Below, piece after piece: positions 13,652 to 33,253 of a DNA stretch of 64,000 bases. The notes beneath the pieces are model-generated. The model saw only the letters and a list, made by a program, of their open reading frames with translations, had not been told where the DNA came from and did no database searches. The stretch is from Paragordius varius (Eukaryota > Animalia > Nematomorpha), in contig OZ176050.1 in assembly GCA_964247055.1 (NCBI GenBank), positions 7,192,001 through 7,256,000 of the forward strand. Direction: 5' to 3'. The position numbers and the translations under genes are program-made. The number at the start of each line of letters is the position of its first letter. Positions within the stretch are counted from its first letter, which is position 1.

Positions 13652-15792
13652 TCATAAACACTGTCCTTAAAAAGATGCCAAAAAATTACTTTACGATCAA
13701 ATATATTGCCATCATTCCAAACAATCCCTTACAACTACAATGCAAAACTATTTATTATTTATTGCCGATCTGATTTTATTTTATGATGAGCTTAAAATAT
13801 TATAATAAATATATTATAAGAACAATAATAATCGAATTTGCATAAAACCGTTTCGAACGATAGACTTATATATGGCCCAAATTTTTACGCATGTTCATTG
13901 CAGATAAATAAAAAAAAGATTAACTAAAAATTATAACCTCTATAAGAGTACTATACGAGTACTATATAATTTTTTGTAAAAATAAAGAAAATTATTCATA
14001 ATTACAACAAAGTTTTTTTAATGCGCCAAGAGTCTCTGCAAGGGGACAAAAAATTTTAGCAGAGTGAACAAACTCTCCGATCTCAAACATGTGATTTAAA
14101 ACGCCATATAGCGAATTTAGTGCAAAAATATGTGCCAAACACCTGATACTAACGTTATCTGGCTAGATTTTTATATTAATAATATTTTCATTTAAAAAAT
14201 ATAATGGGTATAGTAGAATACGTTTTGGAACTATTATTTGTGACATAAAAATTAACAGAAAATATTGGGTCAAATTTAAAAATAAATTGCAGACGATTAA
14301 AATATTATTAATATCGCTCGTCATGCATGCACAACTATGATGGTTAAATTTTCGCCAAATTTTAAATTTAGCAAAAATATGAACTTAATTTACCATTATG
14401 TTACTTATATATTTAAATTGGTAAAGCTATTAATTTACATAAGTATGCGAGTACTTAAATTTTTTTATAGACTAAATCAATGGTACTTACCAAAATTTTT
14501 GAAAGGCTAAAAAAATATTTTTCTTGTCGCAAGGGCCGTGCACCACAAAGAATACCTATAAATATTTTAAAGAACTTTACCCATTTGCAGATATTTACAA
14601 TCCATATAGGTATATCAAAACTTATATAAATAACAGGGTATAAAAGCACATTTAGGGCCACGGTTTGAGTATCACTAGACTAAATCTAATATTAGAAATT
14701 AACCAAATTTTTATGGCAGTTTGTTGTGAATTAAAAAAGTCAGAGACACAAATATGCTTTTAATCGATTCTAATATCTATATAAAGTATTCTAGTTTTTT
14801 CATGTCCTTAACATTAAAGATATAATCCAAAAACGCGACTAAAAAATAGAAAAGTATTTTTGTATATATTTCTCACATATGGTATAACACCACTCTAAAA
14901 ACAGGTGATTCGCCTTAAAAACCCAAAATTTGACATTTATGAATTATATATATATATAATTAACATGTTATATTATTTTATTTTTAGTTAAAATGGTATT
15001 TGGCTTGTAATTTGTAAGAAGCAATACTTAAAGAAAAGATAGCACAGAGTTTGTTGGTTGGTTAAATATTAATATAATGCATAGTATGGGTGTTTAATGA
15101 TGTTCCAGGTAAAAATTAATCAATTACAAGTATTTTATAAAAATTTATAGGGAGCAGCAAATTAATAAAATAATATATATATATATATATATAAATGTAT
15201 GGCAATACGATGATTTCATTTGAGCGCGTATAAAACACAGATTTAAATGCATGCAATAGAGAAATAATATATATAAAACGATAAAATAGGCAATTAAAAA
15301 TATTAGCGGGGGGAGAATTTAAATTTACCGAATCGGTTATTGAGTAGAGAGCAATCAATTGAATATAATTTATCACATTTGTTCAAAAATTGAGTAATTT
15401 TATGGTATATTGGTTGAGTAACATGGGTGATGAAGGGTTAATTACATTATTTTGGATTGTCAAATAAGCACATAATAAATTAGCTTAAATATATATATCA
15501 AACAAAATTAGATTGTTGGTAGTGGTAATAAAATAAAAATTTAAAATTTTGATTGTCAAATAAGGGAGAGGAGAGTTAAAAATAAAGAATTTTTTTTATA
15601 AAAATATCACATAAAATTAACGGCAAATATACAGCGTGAGATCATTCGTGACTGATTCTCATAATAAAATATTATATAAGATAATAACAATAATAATGTG
15701 TATAAGGAATTAAAATTAAAAAAAAATAATGCAAAATTTTTTTCTGATATAATAAAAATAATTAAGTTCTATCTATAACTTGTATTAATAAA

Positions 15793-22778
<6,986 letters not shown>

Positions 22779-24029
22779 AAGTTAATTAATGTGGATATTA
22801 TTCATTGCAAAATGTTATGCTATTGGGACGAATATCTTGAGTTTCAGAGCCAAATAGTGTTGTTCGTTTAATTTTATATACCGATTAAATATTTTTGTTA
22901 TATCTATAAAGGTGTTGGTAGCAAAAAAAGTAATAATAAATGTCACAGAAATATAGAATTTTTTTACATTTTTTGAATATTACATATTACGACGACGAAT
23001 ACAGAACGAACTGCGACAACACGGGCAAAAGTAAATTTTGTTATTTGCGCAGTAATACGGGAGAAAATAATTTTAATTGAATGATACCGAGAAAATTATT
23101 ATTTTTGTTTCTATAAATTATTCTTATATAGTGATGTAGGATTAGCCACAAACAGGTAAATTAAAATCACTTATTTATATAATTCTAAATTGTTTATATG
23201 GTATGTAAATTTTTAAAGTTGATTTAAAAAAATAATGTAATCATAAAAGAAAAATAAAAAATATCTATCTATCTGTATGTATGTATAATTACTGAATGTT
23301 GTGCGTATGAGTTAGCCCTCTCATTTCCTTCGTTGTTGTTTTTTACAACAAACATGTGCATTTATACATTACATAGATTTATAAATATCAACAACACCAA
23401 GATTGAAAAAGTGTAAAGGTAAAAACACGTTAAAATTTTTTATTTTTTGTTAATGTCATTACCATTAATGTCATATAGTTTGGTAAAATTAGAAAATTTA
23501 TATAAAATTTACCAGCTTTGAATTGAAGCGATCGGGAAATTTAAAAGTATAAAAAGAAACCATTTTAATTATGACAGAACTATAAAAACTATAAAACCAT
23601 TTTAAGGAGAAGTTTTATACAAATAGTCGAAACTCACTCAACTCGCATGTTTCACGTGTAAACGAATAGACTAGTGGTTATCAAACCGAGGACCACGGGC
23701 CGTCGATGGTTTTGTAGTGGGTTCTTTATGGATTTAAATTATCCATATTAAGTTATTTTTGTGTTAAATGATTAGAGATATTTAGATAAATATTTCATAG
23801 ACACATTTGCAGGTATTTATACAAAAAATAAGTATATTTCAAATTTATAAATAATTCAGAGTTTTTTTTTTGAGTACCATTGATATAAAGATATAAAACA
23901 TTTTAAAATTTTTAACTCTTAAAAATATTGATTGATTCATAACCAAAAGCTTTCTAAATGGAAACTGCTTAAGTTTTTTTTGCATTTTCTAACTCGACTA
24001 TATTTTATTCAGATCTGCAATCTAGTTAA

Positions 24030-24601
24030 CACTTGGATATAACACATTCATTTCAGTCCTTCGATTCAAATTGGGATAGTTGGATACCCGATCTGTTTAA
24101 AAAGAATTCAAAAAATATGGAATCATTTGAAACCATGGCAAAAATTTGGACTTATATAACATTAATGAACCAAAATGTATAAAAAAGTTCTATCAAAAAT
24201 ACTTGATATTACTTATAAGGTAATACCGCAAGGTACAAATTTAGTCAACATGACATGTGTGCATTAGCTAAAATTATAAAAAATACAAATCAAACCACAT
24301 TTTATGTTTCTATCAATGTTAGATGTGATTTCAATAAAATATTAGCTTTAATCCTAGCTAACTAATTATATAAACACGATATATTGCAAAGATGTTGCAA
24401 AATAAAAATGGCGCCGAACTAGTGATATGAAACTTTTTTTTCAAAATTAAATTTTATTTAGCAATTTCACCTTATTTATATAATTTGTATTAGGATAAAA
24501 GCATTAATTTAAATTGGGACCGTTTCTTTTAGTATTTTTTTTGAAAATATCAACTTAACTATTGTCTGGGGTATTTGGATACCCCAATTTGAATCGAAGT
24601 G
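24030..24601 (+). mobile_element. piggyBac-type MITE, 572 bp
   Basis: TTAA|CACTT ... AAGTG|TTAA; homologous over its length to 27018-27583 (inverted) and 43486-44024. Confidence 0.8.
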
Positions 24602-24949
24602 TTAAACATACTAATAATATTTTTATGATTTAATGCGTCCAAAATTTCTTAATTGGGATGTTCTCATTTATATTTTTTGTGCAACAAATCAACAAAATAA
24701 TTGTTCATGTGAAATTAACTTCCCACAACAGAGTACCTCTTGAAAGCGCATATTTTGTTTATTATTTCGAATTTTAATTTAAGTAAATTACCAGATATAT
24801 TAACCATTTCATAATGTGTCCCTAAGTATTTGAATTTTAATCAAACGAAAATTGGGTACGGCTCTCAGAACGATTGCCGTTAAAAATAAAATTCAAATAT
24901 TTTCTAGATATATTATATTTTTAACTTTAGTACTTATTTTTATAATATA

Positions 24950-25317
24950 CCATTAACAGTTTAAATTCACCCTTGAAGAATTCATAGTCACCCTTTAACA
25001 ATTCAAATTCCCCCTTAAAAATTCAAACCCTCGAACAATTCAAATTCACCTTAAAATAAATTGTGTTCTTTTAAAATTACCTAATTTTTTTTATTTATAT
25101 GAAATGAAATTTGGTTTAAAATTAATATAATACTCATAAAATAATAAATTATGCCATAAGAATATATTTTATGTTAATGATAATTTATATTAGCCCGAAA
25201 AAAACACAATTTATAAGTTTGAATTATTCAAGGGTGAATTTGAATTTTTTAAGGGTGATTTTGAATTGTTTGAGGGTGAATTTGAATTGTTCAAGGGTGA
25301 ATATGAAATGTAAATGG
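24950..25317. mobile_element. CCAT-foldback element, 368 bp, with inverted 21-bp arrays (AATTCAAATTCACCCTTGAAC)
   Basis: TATA|CCATT ... AATGG|TATA; about 4-5 units of a 21-bp repeat in each arm, in opposite orientation. Confidence 0.75.
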
Positions 25318-25600
25318 TATATATTTTTAAAAGATTATTTTCAGTCCCAAATTTAAACGTGTCCATATCTCTTATCAGGGCCGTAGTATGGGATGACATA
25401 TGTGACCCGGGGGCCAAAATAAGGGCACCGAGTTAAAAATTTTAAATTTTTTTAAAATTTGCCAGAAATGTTTTGGCACAAGCAACGAAAAGGAGGCTCT
25501 CCCGGGTGTCGCAAATTGCTACTTCCTCCCTCATTATATTTTAAAACAATTGATATCCGTAACTAATTTGTGCTCGCTTTTACGAAATTGTATTTACTAA

Positions 25601-26145
25601 TCTATATATTTATAAAAATGGCAAATGCTGGCTTTCTGATCTGGTACCGGAAAACCGGTAGACCCATTCAATCCAAACACCAAAAAATATAATCATTAAT
25701 GAATGCCCCAACAATAGCTTCGCCCTTTTTTTGAAATAGTCCCCCAGTTCGGATTCACCCCGTGTGAAAAACGTTTTTTTTTGAAAACATAAGTCCACAA
25801 AAATCGTGTCTTTGAGACTTTCTGGAGGTGTTGGACCATTCAATTTCAAATATGATTTTTGTTTACTTATTTTCGATTGCGCCGAACATAGTCGTCTCGC
25901 TTTTGTAATTTAGGCCCTCTTTTTACCCCCCCCCCCCCCCCCCCCCGTAAAATGCCATTTTTTTCAAAAAAGAAAGTCCAAATTATTTTTTTGAATCTAT
26001 TTTTCGCCAAAGGTATGAGATCGTAAAAATTCAATAAGGATTCTACATGTTTCCTGTTAAAAGGCAAAAATTTTAGTTAAGTATTTCTTTGATGATAGCT
26101 GCTGGGTAAGGAGCTACCCGCAAAAAACTGACCCGTCATATCGAA
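25601..26145 (+). mobile_element. Non-autonomous Helitron, 3' end uncertain
   Basis: A|TCTATATATTTATAAAA 5' terminus; colinear with the reverse complement of about 40110-40645; contains a C21 tract at 25926-25946. Confidence 0.7.
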
Positions 26146-27017
26146 ATAGCGTGCTTTTGGGTCTAAATAGCAGAAAACCTATTAGGTTATATGAGTTCAA
26201 TAGCTACTTAAAGTATTACCCGTAACAAGTAAAAAATTTTAGTCGAGCTTTTTTGAATTAGCTGTTAAATAGGCCCTTTAATCTCTAAAAAATGCGCCAT
26301 CATTGAACTATTATTTAGTTTTGAAGCCATTCTTCCATAAACTATTAGGAATGAATGATTCCAGGTAAATGGCAATTTTTTTTATCTAACTATATTTTTA
26401 TATTAGCCTCTGAGTAGGGGGCTACCCGCCTACTTTAGAATTCAATTATATAAGCCGATTTTAAGATTTATATTTTCATGAATTTTAAAATTATAAAATT
26501 ATGTAAAACTATTTAATACACAGGTGCCCAAAATAATAGTTTTGCAAACCATATCTTCAACTTTAAAAATCGGGGTGGCCGCATCCAAGGAGCCTAATTA
26601 AATACTAAATTTGATTTTATAACAACTGTAAATGAAATATACGAAAACAATATGACTACAATTTGGTTCACCAATTTTGCTCATTCGATGCAAGAATTCG
26701 CATAGAATTATATTTGTTTAAGAAAAATAAATTCTTCTAAAATTTTATATAGGGTATTTTTAAAATCTGCCATAATGAACGCAATATTTACAGTTTTCGT
26801 TAAAATGACCGGTAAAACCGTCCAAAACTAAATATTGATATAAATATGCTTAATAAAATCTATTTTTTAGCAATATGATAAAAAATTTGGCGAAATATAC
26901 GACCTTTAATGATACAGAACAGCCATATTATTGATTTAATGAGGGATCTTCTAAATAACTCTATGGATAAAATAATGCGTGAGTAAAATGATTTATTAAT
27001 TTATTTGCAAAATTTAA

Positions 27018-27583
27018 CACTTCGATCGAATGGGGAAGGGGTGGGGTGTATCTACATACAGACTAAATTGAATTAAAATTTTAAAAAACTAATGAAGGAA
27101 ACAGTCCCAATTTAATTTTATGCTTCTATCTAATAAAAATTGTATAAAAAAGCCAATATATCTATAAAATTTCGTTTTAAAAAAAGTGTGATGTCAAACT
27201 ACTTCGACGCTTATTTTACAAAATATCGTGTTTATTTAATTTTAAGGGAAACATTAAAGCTAATAATTATTTAAATTACATCTAACATTGATAGAAATAG
27301 AAAAAATGGTTTATTTTGTATTATTTTTCAATTTAGCCAATGCACGCATGTTACGTTGATATAATTTTTACCATTGGTTTTACATTAAAAATGAGTAGTA
27401 TCAAGTATTTTTAAATAAATTTTTTTATATATTCCGGTTTTTTAATGTTATATAAGCGCAAACTTTTGCCATGGTTTCGATTTCTTCCATATTTTTTAAA
27501 ATATATAATTTTTAACAGGTTTAGGGCATTCAACTACCCCAATTTGAATTAAAGGACTGAAATGAATATGTGGTATCCAAGTG
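27018..27583 (-). mobile_element. piggyBac-type MITE, 566 bp
   Basis: TTAA-flanked CACTT/AAGTG ends; inverted copy of 24030-24601. Confidence 0.8.
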
Positions 27584-27866
27584 TTAAGCAAAAAAACATA
27601 AAAAATTCGTACTTTCTCTCAATCAACTAAATTTTTGACCCTATTAGCAAATTAAAAGACTCAGATAACCAATAACATGACTGTTTCTATTTATAACTTA
27701 CAGTAAAATTTTTTTGGAAATGCAATTAAAAACACATCAAGCAATTTACATTTATAAATATTTGAGACATTTATATATATTAACCGATATTTTTTGTCAT
27801 AAAAATTAATTGTTCCCACATCATTTGTCATCATCATCACAATGGGAAAAAATCCATTTGATAAAT

Positions 27867-30800
27867 TTATAGGTCCTTTTTGTAACGCGTATTAGTAACG
27901 CGATAAATGATAGTATCTCCGGGATTCATGTGCCATAAAGCAACTGCTATCGCATACACAGCCAATATGAGTATAAAACTTAACCAAAAAATAATGTTGA
28001 AAACTGTGGCATAATTTCCTGGTGTAGGTTTTGTCAGGGTGGACATGATGCGACTTAGTTGTTCCTAAATATAAAAAATATATAAAAGATATTAATATCA
28101 AATAGAGAAAATATTAATAATACAGCACTGATAAGTAAAGTTAATTGACTATTTTATACGCAAGATCAAGAAATGGTTAATTGTTAGATTATAAATAGGT
28201 AACCGGACACATTATAATTATAAAATTATTATAAAAAACTTTAAAAATGAAAGGATATTAATAATTACACAATTATATTCTTATTTAGGATATTCAGTTA
28301 AAACGATTCGCCTAGCTAAATAAACAAAAAGCAATAAAACATGTTTATTAATATAAATAATTTTGTGAAGAAGAGCTTTATAGAAAGTAACCTACATTTT
28401 AAACAGAATCTGTTTTTTTTAAATTAAAAGCAAAAACAAATTAAATGCAAACAAACTTATGGTCCCTACAATATAATTTGATGAAGCTTGCAAACGAAGA
28501 ATCGACATCCATTCATAATTTAGTTTAGCTCGAAAATTCTAAGATACCCTACGATTAACAATTTACCACACCTAAGAGCCCATGTGATAATTTTTCTGGG
28601 GATCGAAAGCGCGTTCCATGTCAAGAAATGTATAGTATAAAGTGATTTTAAAAAGTGTGAATGTTTTGTCTTAATGTAAAAATAGTGTCGATTTTATTTT
28701 TATTTGATTGGATCCCATATTATTTCATATTTGTTGTGAGTAAGATTTATGGAATATTACTTTTACATATACTTAGAGTAATTTTATTGGCCGATATTTG
28801 AGCAGGAGAGTGTCCTTTTTTATAGTTGGGTATAATAACATGGTTGTTTTTTCTCCAGTCTGCTGGTATTTTAATATATCATTATGTTGTTGCGAGATAT
28901 GTGTTTGCTGATTGGGTATTATGTAATTTTAGCATGTCCACGTTTAGTTTTTTGACACAGAACTCGTTTTTGATGCCGAAAGAATTTGGCCTCTTAAGCG
29001 TCAAATTATTGATGAATGGCTATTAACTACAATCATGCTTATGCATCAAACAACCAGAACCCAAATTAAAACACATTACGGACTAAGTAAATGTTTTAAA
29101 ATAAAAAATGAACTCCATCAAGGATCCTATTTAACCTATCCCTGTTTTATGTTATTTTGGAAGATATAAATAAAGACATTACAACAGTCATGTCGCACCA
29201 AATAGTTTATGTCGAAAATGAATATAATAACATGGACATGAGAAGCGACCTCATATCGAAAATTGGCCTGTAAATAGACTTACAACAAACTAAAAAAACC
29301 TAAATAATATCCAATAATTCCACAAAAATCAGCGCTTATCTAAAATAAAATTTCTAAAATTCAGTGCGCTGTAATATTTGTTCTTTATGGTTAAAAAAAT
29401 ATTTTTTTAACTTTAATCAAGAAAATATAATAAATAATTTGTATTGTTTTAAAAATAACTATATAATTTTCCAAAAGCAGCTTCAATTAGGTTTTGGAAC
29501 CGGAACCATCAGCTTTTATTCGCAACCGTTTTAAAGACGAAATTGGGCAGTTTTTGAACGCAAAACCGCGGCCAAATTTGTTTCATATATAGTATGGATT
29601 ATATAAATGATATCAACCTTTCTTTTTATTGGGTTTATGTTTATACACCTATTTACCATCAAAAAATCAAAACGTCGAGAATTTTGAAAAACAGAACGGA
29701 ATCAGAACTATTTGTTAAAGTTAATGTAACGGAAATCAAAACGCTTTTCTTGCAAAAAACAAACCTGGCACAAAAACGTTCCGGATGCAACCCTGGATTT
29801 TACTCTTTAATCAATAGTATAAACGCAGTATGGAAAATAATTGACGAGTACAAATTAAATCGCAAATTATTATTCCCTTACAATTGCGTAAATAAAATAA
29901 ATATTTATTGAATTACCGATTAATACGGTTCTAAATCCAAATTTGGAATCGGTTCTTAACCAAGATAAACTAAAGATAACATATCTCAAAAGTCATAAAG
30001 TTAACAATCCATGTCATTTGATTATCTCCGGAATATGTACAAATATAAAACTATTACTCACCTAGAAAGTATTTTCTGGTTAGAATAGGAAGACCTAAGC
30101 AAACATATCATAAGAATATTTTGAAATTAGGATGGCTATCTTGGCACACGTAAATAACTCAAAACTTTAGCACAAACAAATTTAGGAAAATACAGAGAAA
30201 AACGTAATTGTTATTTTGGATTTTAAATGAATAAATTTACTGCGTTTTAGATACAGAAAACATACATATTGATTAGGAAAATAAAAACAAAAACTAATTT
30301 TAAGCATTTTTATATTCGTAAAAATTATTTATATATGAAACATTATAATTAAATCGTTGCAAAATAATGAATAAGATTAATATCAATAATTGTTTTAATT
30401 AGCTTTGAAATAGATTAATTTAATTCAGAAATTAAAATTTCGTAATAATATATGGATTTTGAGAAGCGTTGAGTATAAATAGCATTAAGATAACTTTTAG
30501 TTGAAACTATTTTTCTGTAATCAAAACACATGATTAATATTGTTTTATTATAATGATGGAAAGATATATATACGAATTTATATATAATAAATATAATTTA
30601 GTATTTTACTTCAAAAATTAATTATATTTCTTCCATCTACTGCAAAAATAAATTATTTTAAAATATAGGATGCCAGTTAAAAAAATCAAGATATTAGGAC
30701 TAGTTTTTTTAATAAACTCTTAAATATTTTTCCAATATTTTTTCACATCAAAAGATTCAAACTACCATATAATTATATAGAGTGGAATCTTGACCCAAAA

Positions 30801-32448
30801 TGTGAGAATATTGCTCAACAAGCTCATTACGACTCTTTGAAAATTATAATTGATATATTAAATTTCATTCAGTTTAAAAATTATACTTCTGCTTAAAACA
30901 AATAAGAAAGATTATATATTTCATTTTTTTACTTTCTTAGCTTAAAATCATAAAATGCTATGCCTCAATTCAAACGGGTATTAATTTGAAAACTAGCATC
31001 TTTATTGAAAATTAGAAAGGTACAAAATCATGATCATGAGCGAATTATTTATAAGAATCGAAGTTTAATGTATGATTTTATATTAGGATTAATTAGTACT
31101 TCAATATACTAAAAGCAGCTGACTGCTCAAAATTTTAACACCCATTTTTCGGATTTTAAAGGTGATATATCAAAAAACACATCAGAATGCAAAAACTATA
31201 TATTGTTACATTAGACAAAAACAACTTTCGCTTCAATATATGAGGAGGAAAAGATGGGCTTAGATACAAAATCTATAATTCAAAAACTACTTTAGTCATA
31301 TAAAACATGCATTTTTTAGTCATTTTTTTCCTTTAATAGAAAGACTTTGGTAAATATAATAAGTATCGTGAATTCAGAATTTGAAGGTAAAACTAAAAGC
31401 TTCAAAATCTTAAGCAGGGACTTTTGTTAACCCATAAACATTTTCTAAAAGATATCAAATTTTTCATAAAATAACCGACTGTTTTATCTTACCATTGTTG
31501 GACAATCACCCAACATGCAAAATTATTATTTTGCAAGTAATAAATACGTAATCAATAGTTTTTGTAAAAGGATTAAGATCCGCGATATGTTAATCGATTG
31601 ATTACCTCGCATATATCAAGAGTTGTTAAAATCGTATTAAATTTAAATTTTTATGAGAACTTGTGAGAAATCATATGGTGTTAAAAGCATTGTTGCGACC
31701 AATTCAGACCGTTTTAAACAAAACAGCATTTAAAGATTTTTTTAAAAGAGTCTTATTATAAATATATGACTATAAATACATTTTTACTATAAACTTATTA
31801 TATAACAATTAATATCATACTTGATGTATACGATCATCATTAACCGGGGCATACTCATATTCGTATTCTACTTGACGCTTAATTTTATTGTTTACATCTT
31901 CATCACTGTATATATCAATGATGATAGCATTAGGACTAGATTGTGCATCAAACTAATAATTAAATATAAGTATTACTGGTTCTGATGGATCGGTTTTGTA
32001 GGTTAATTTAAATTCCGATGCTGAAAGATTGTTATGTTTCTTCAATTGATCTAATCTATCATTAACGTTAAGGAGGCTATCAACTATGGTAGACTTTAAT
32101 TTAATAAATGAAAACTTCTTTTTGATCGACCCAAATCCCTGAGGGCGAATTTAAAGTCGTATGATAAATGTTAATCATAATAGTTTTAGGATATTTTAAG
32201 GAGTTGTAATAGATAGTCTAAGTGTTAAAAAATGAAAACTTTGTGACAACATTCCGCATCATCTAAACCATAAAGGGTCAAAAGAAATTGATCTAAATTT
32301 TGAGCATAAATATTGTTCTTGATAATCAGATTATCTGGCTTTTTTACAAATTTGATTTGTAAACCTATTGATATTTATAACAAATAAAATTTATACCGTA
32401 TATTGAGTATCCAAATAATAAAATCACAAAACGTCCAAAATAATTCAT
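27867..32448 (-). CDS. ATP6AP2: V-ATPase accessory protein / (pro)renin receptor, 241 aa, 6 exons (32397-32448, 32240-32364, 32116-32217, 31977-32093, 31821-31952, 27867-28064)
   Basis: Absent from the ORF track; recovered by splicing introns of 32, 22, 22, 24 and 3756 nt. Signal peptide MNYFGRFVILLFGYSIYG, basic site KIKR, and C-terminus NYATVFNIIFWLSFILILAVYAIAVALWHMNPGDTIIYRVTN matching the family TM/tail motif Y..VFN..LW...W.MDPG.DSIIYR.T. Confidence 0.88.
28800..29911 (+). other. Possible exons of an unidentified gene antisense within ATP6AP2 intron 5
   Basis: Two candidate micro-introns (29 and 32 nt) join ESVLFYSW|SAGILIYHYVVARYVFADW|FFDTELVFDAERIWPLKRQIIDEW in frame; a 105-aa ORF at 29594-29911 has three N-glycosylation sequons. 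No family recognised and no full model. Confidence 0.3.
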
Positions 32449-33253
32449 CTCAACTAAAATGAATTTCTTTTCACCTTTTAACCGACACACAAAAGTGATA
32501 ATATTTTTTTTGATTCACTATTGGAAAAAATATTTTTATAAGGTTGTTTTTGTGTTTATAGATGCATACGCAAAACAAATATGTTTATTATATATTGTTT
32601 GCGAAAAAGAAAAAGAGGGAATCATATTTATATATAGTAGATATATAGTACTGTATTATACACTTGCTTATTATAACATTACATTTTATTCAATAGTATT
32701 TTATAATTGTAATTACATTGTATGGCACATTTTCAATATTATATTATTTTAAACCATTTTTTATTTGATTAAAATTAGAGATCAATCGCTTAATTTACCT
32801 TCCGCAGTTATTTATATACATCTAGAATTCACAGTATGAAAACAATTTTATTGACATATATGATTTATTGATAGATTAAAATGTATTTACGCTATTTATA
32901 CATGTCCTTCCCTATTATTAAATTTTTGGTGTGAAATTTGTCAAAACATGCATATAAATTTTTCGGCTACGAAATAATAAACTTAAATTATCCCGCTTTA
33001 TATGGAAAAATTTGCGTTTGAGCTACTAAAAATCAATATAGACATTTTATATTATGTACAATTCAACATTACTTGCGTATAGACATTTTTTCCATTTGTT
33101 AAAATTTATCATATTTGAAAGCGGCCCTAATTTATCTTATCATATCACTTAACTAATCCCTATAGTTTATTTTCAATTGTTAAAATATTGATTTGGAAGC
33201 TTTATAAAAATGCAACAGTTGGCAGAACTTGGGGTAAACTTTTCTTCAAATCC

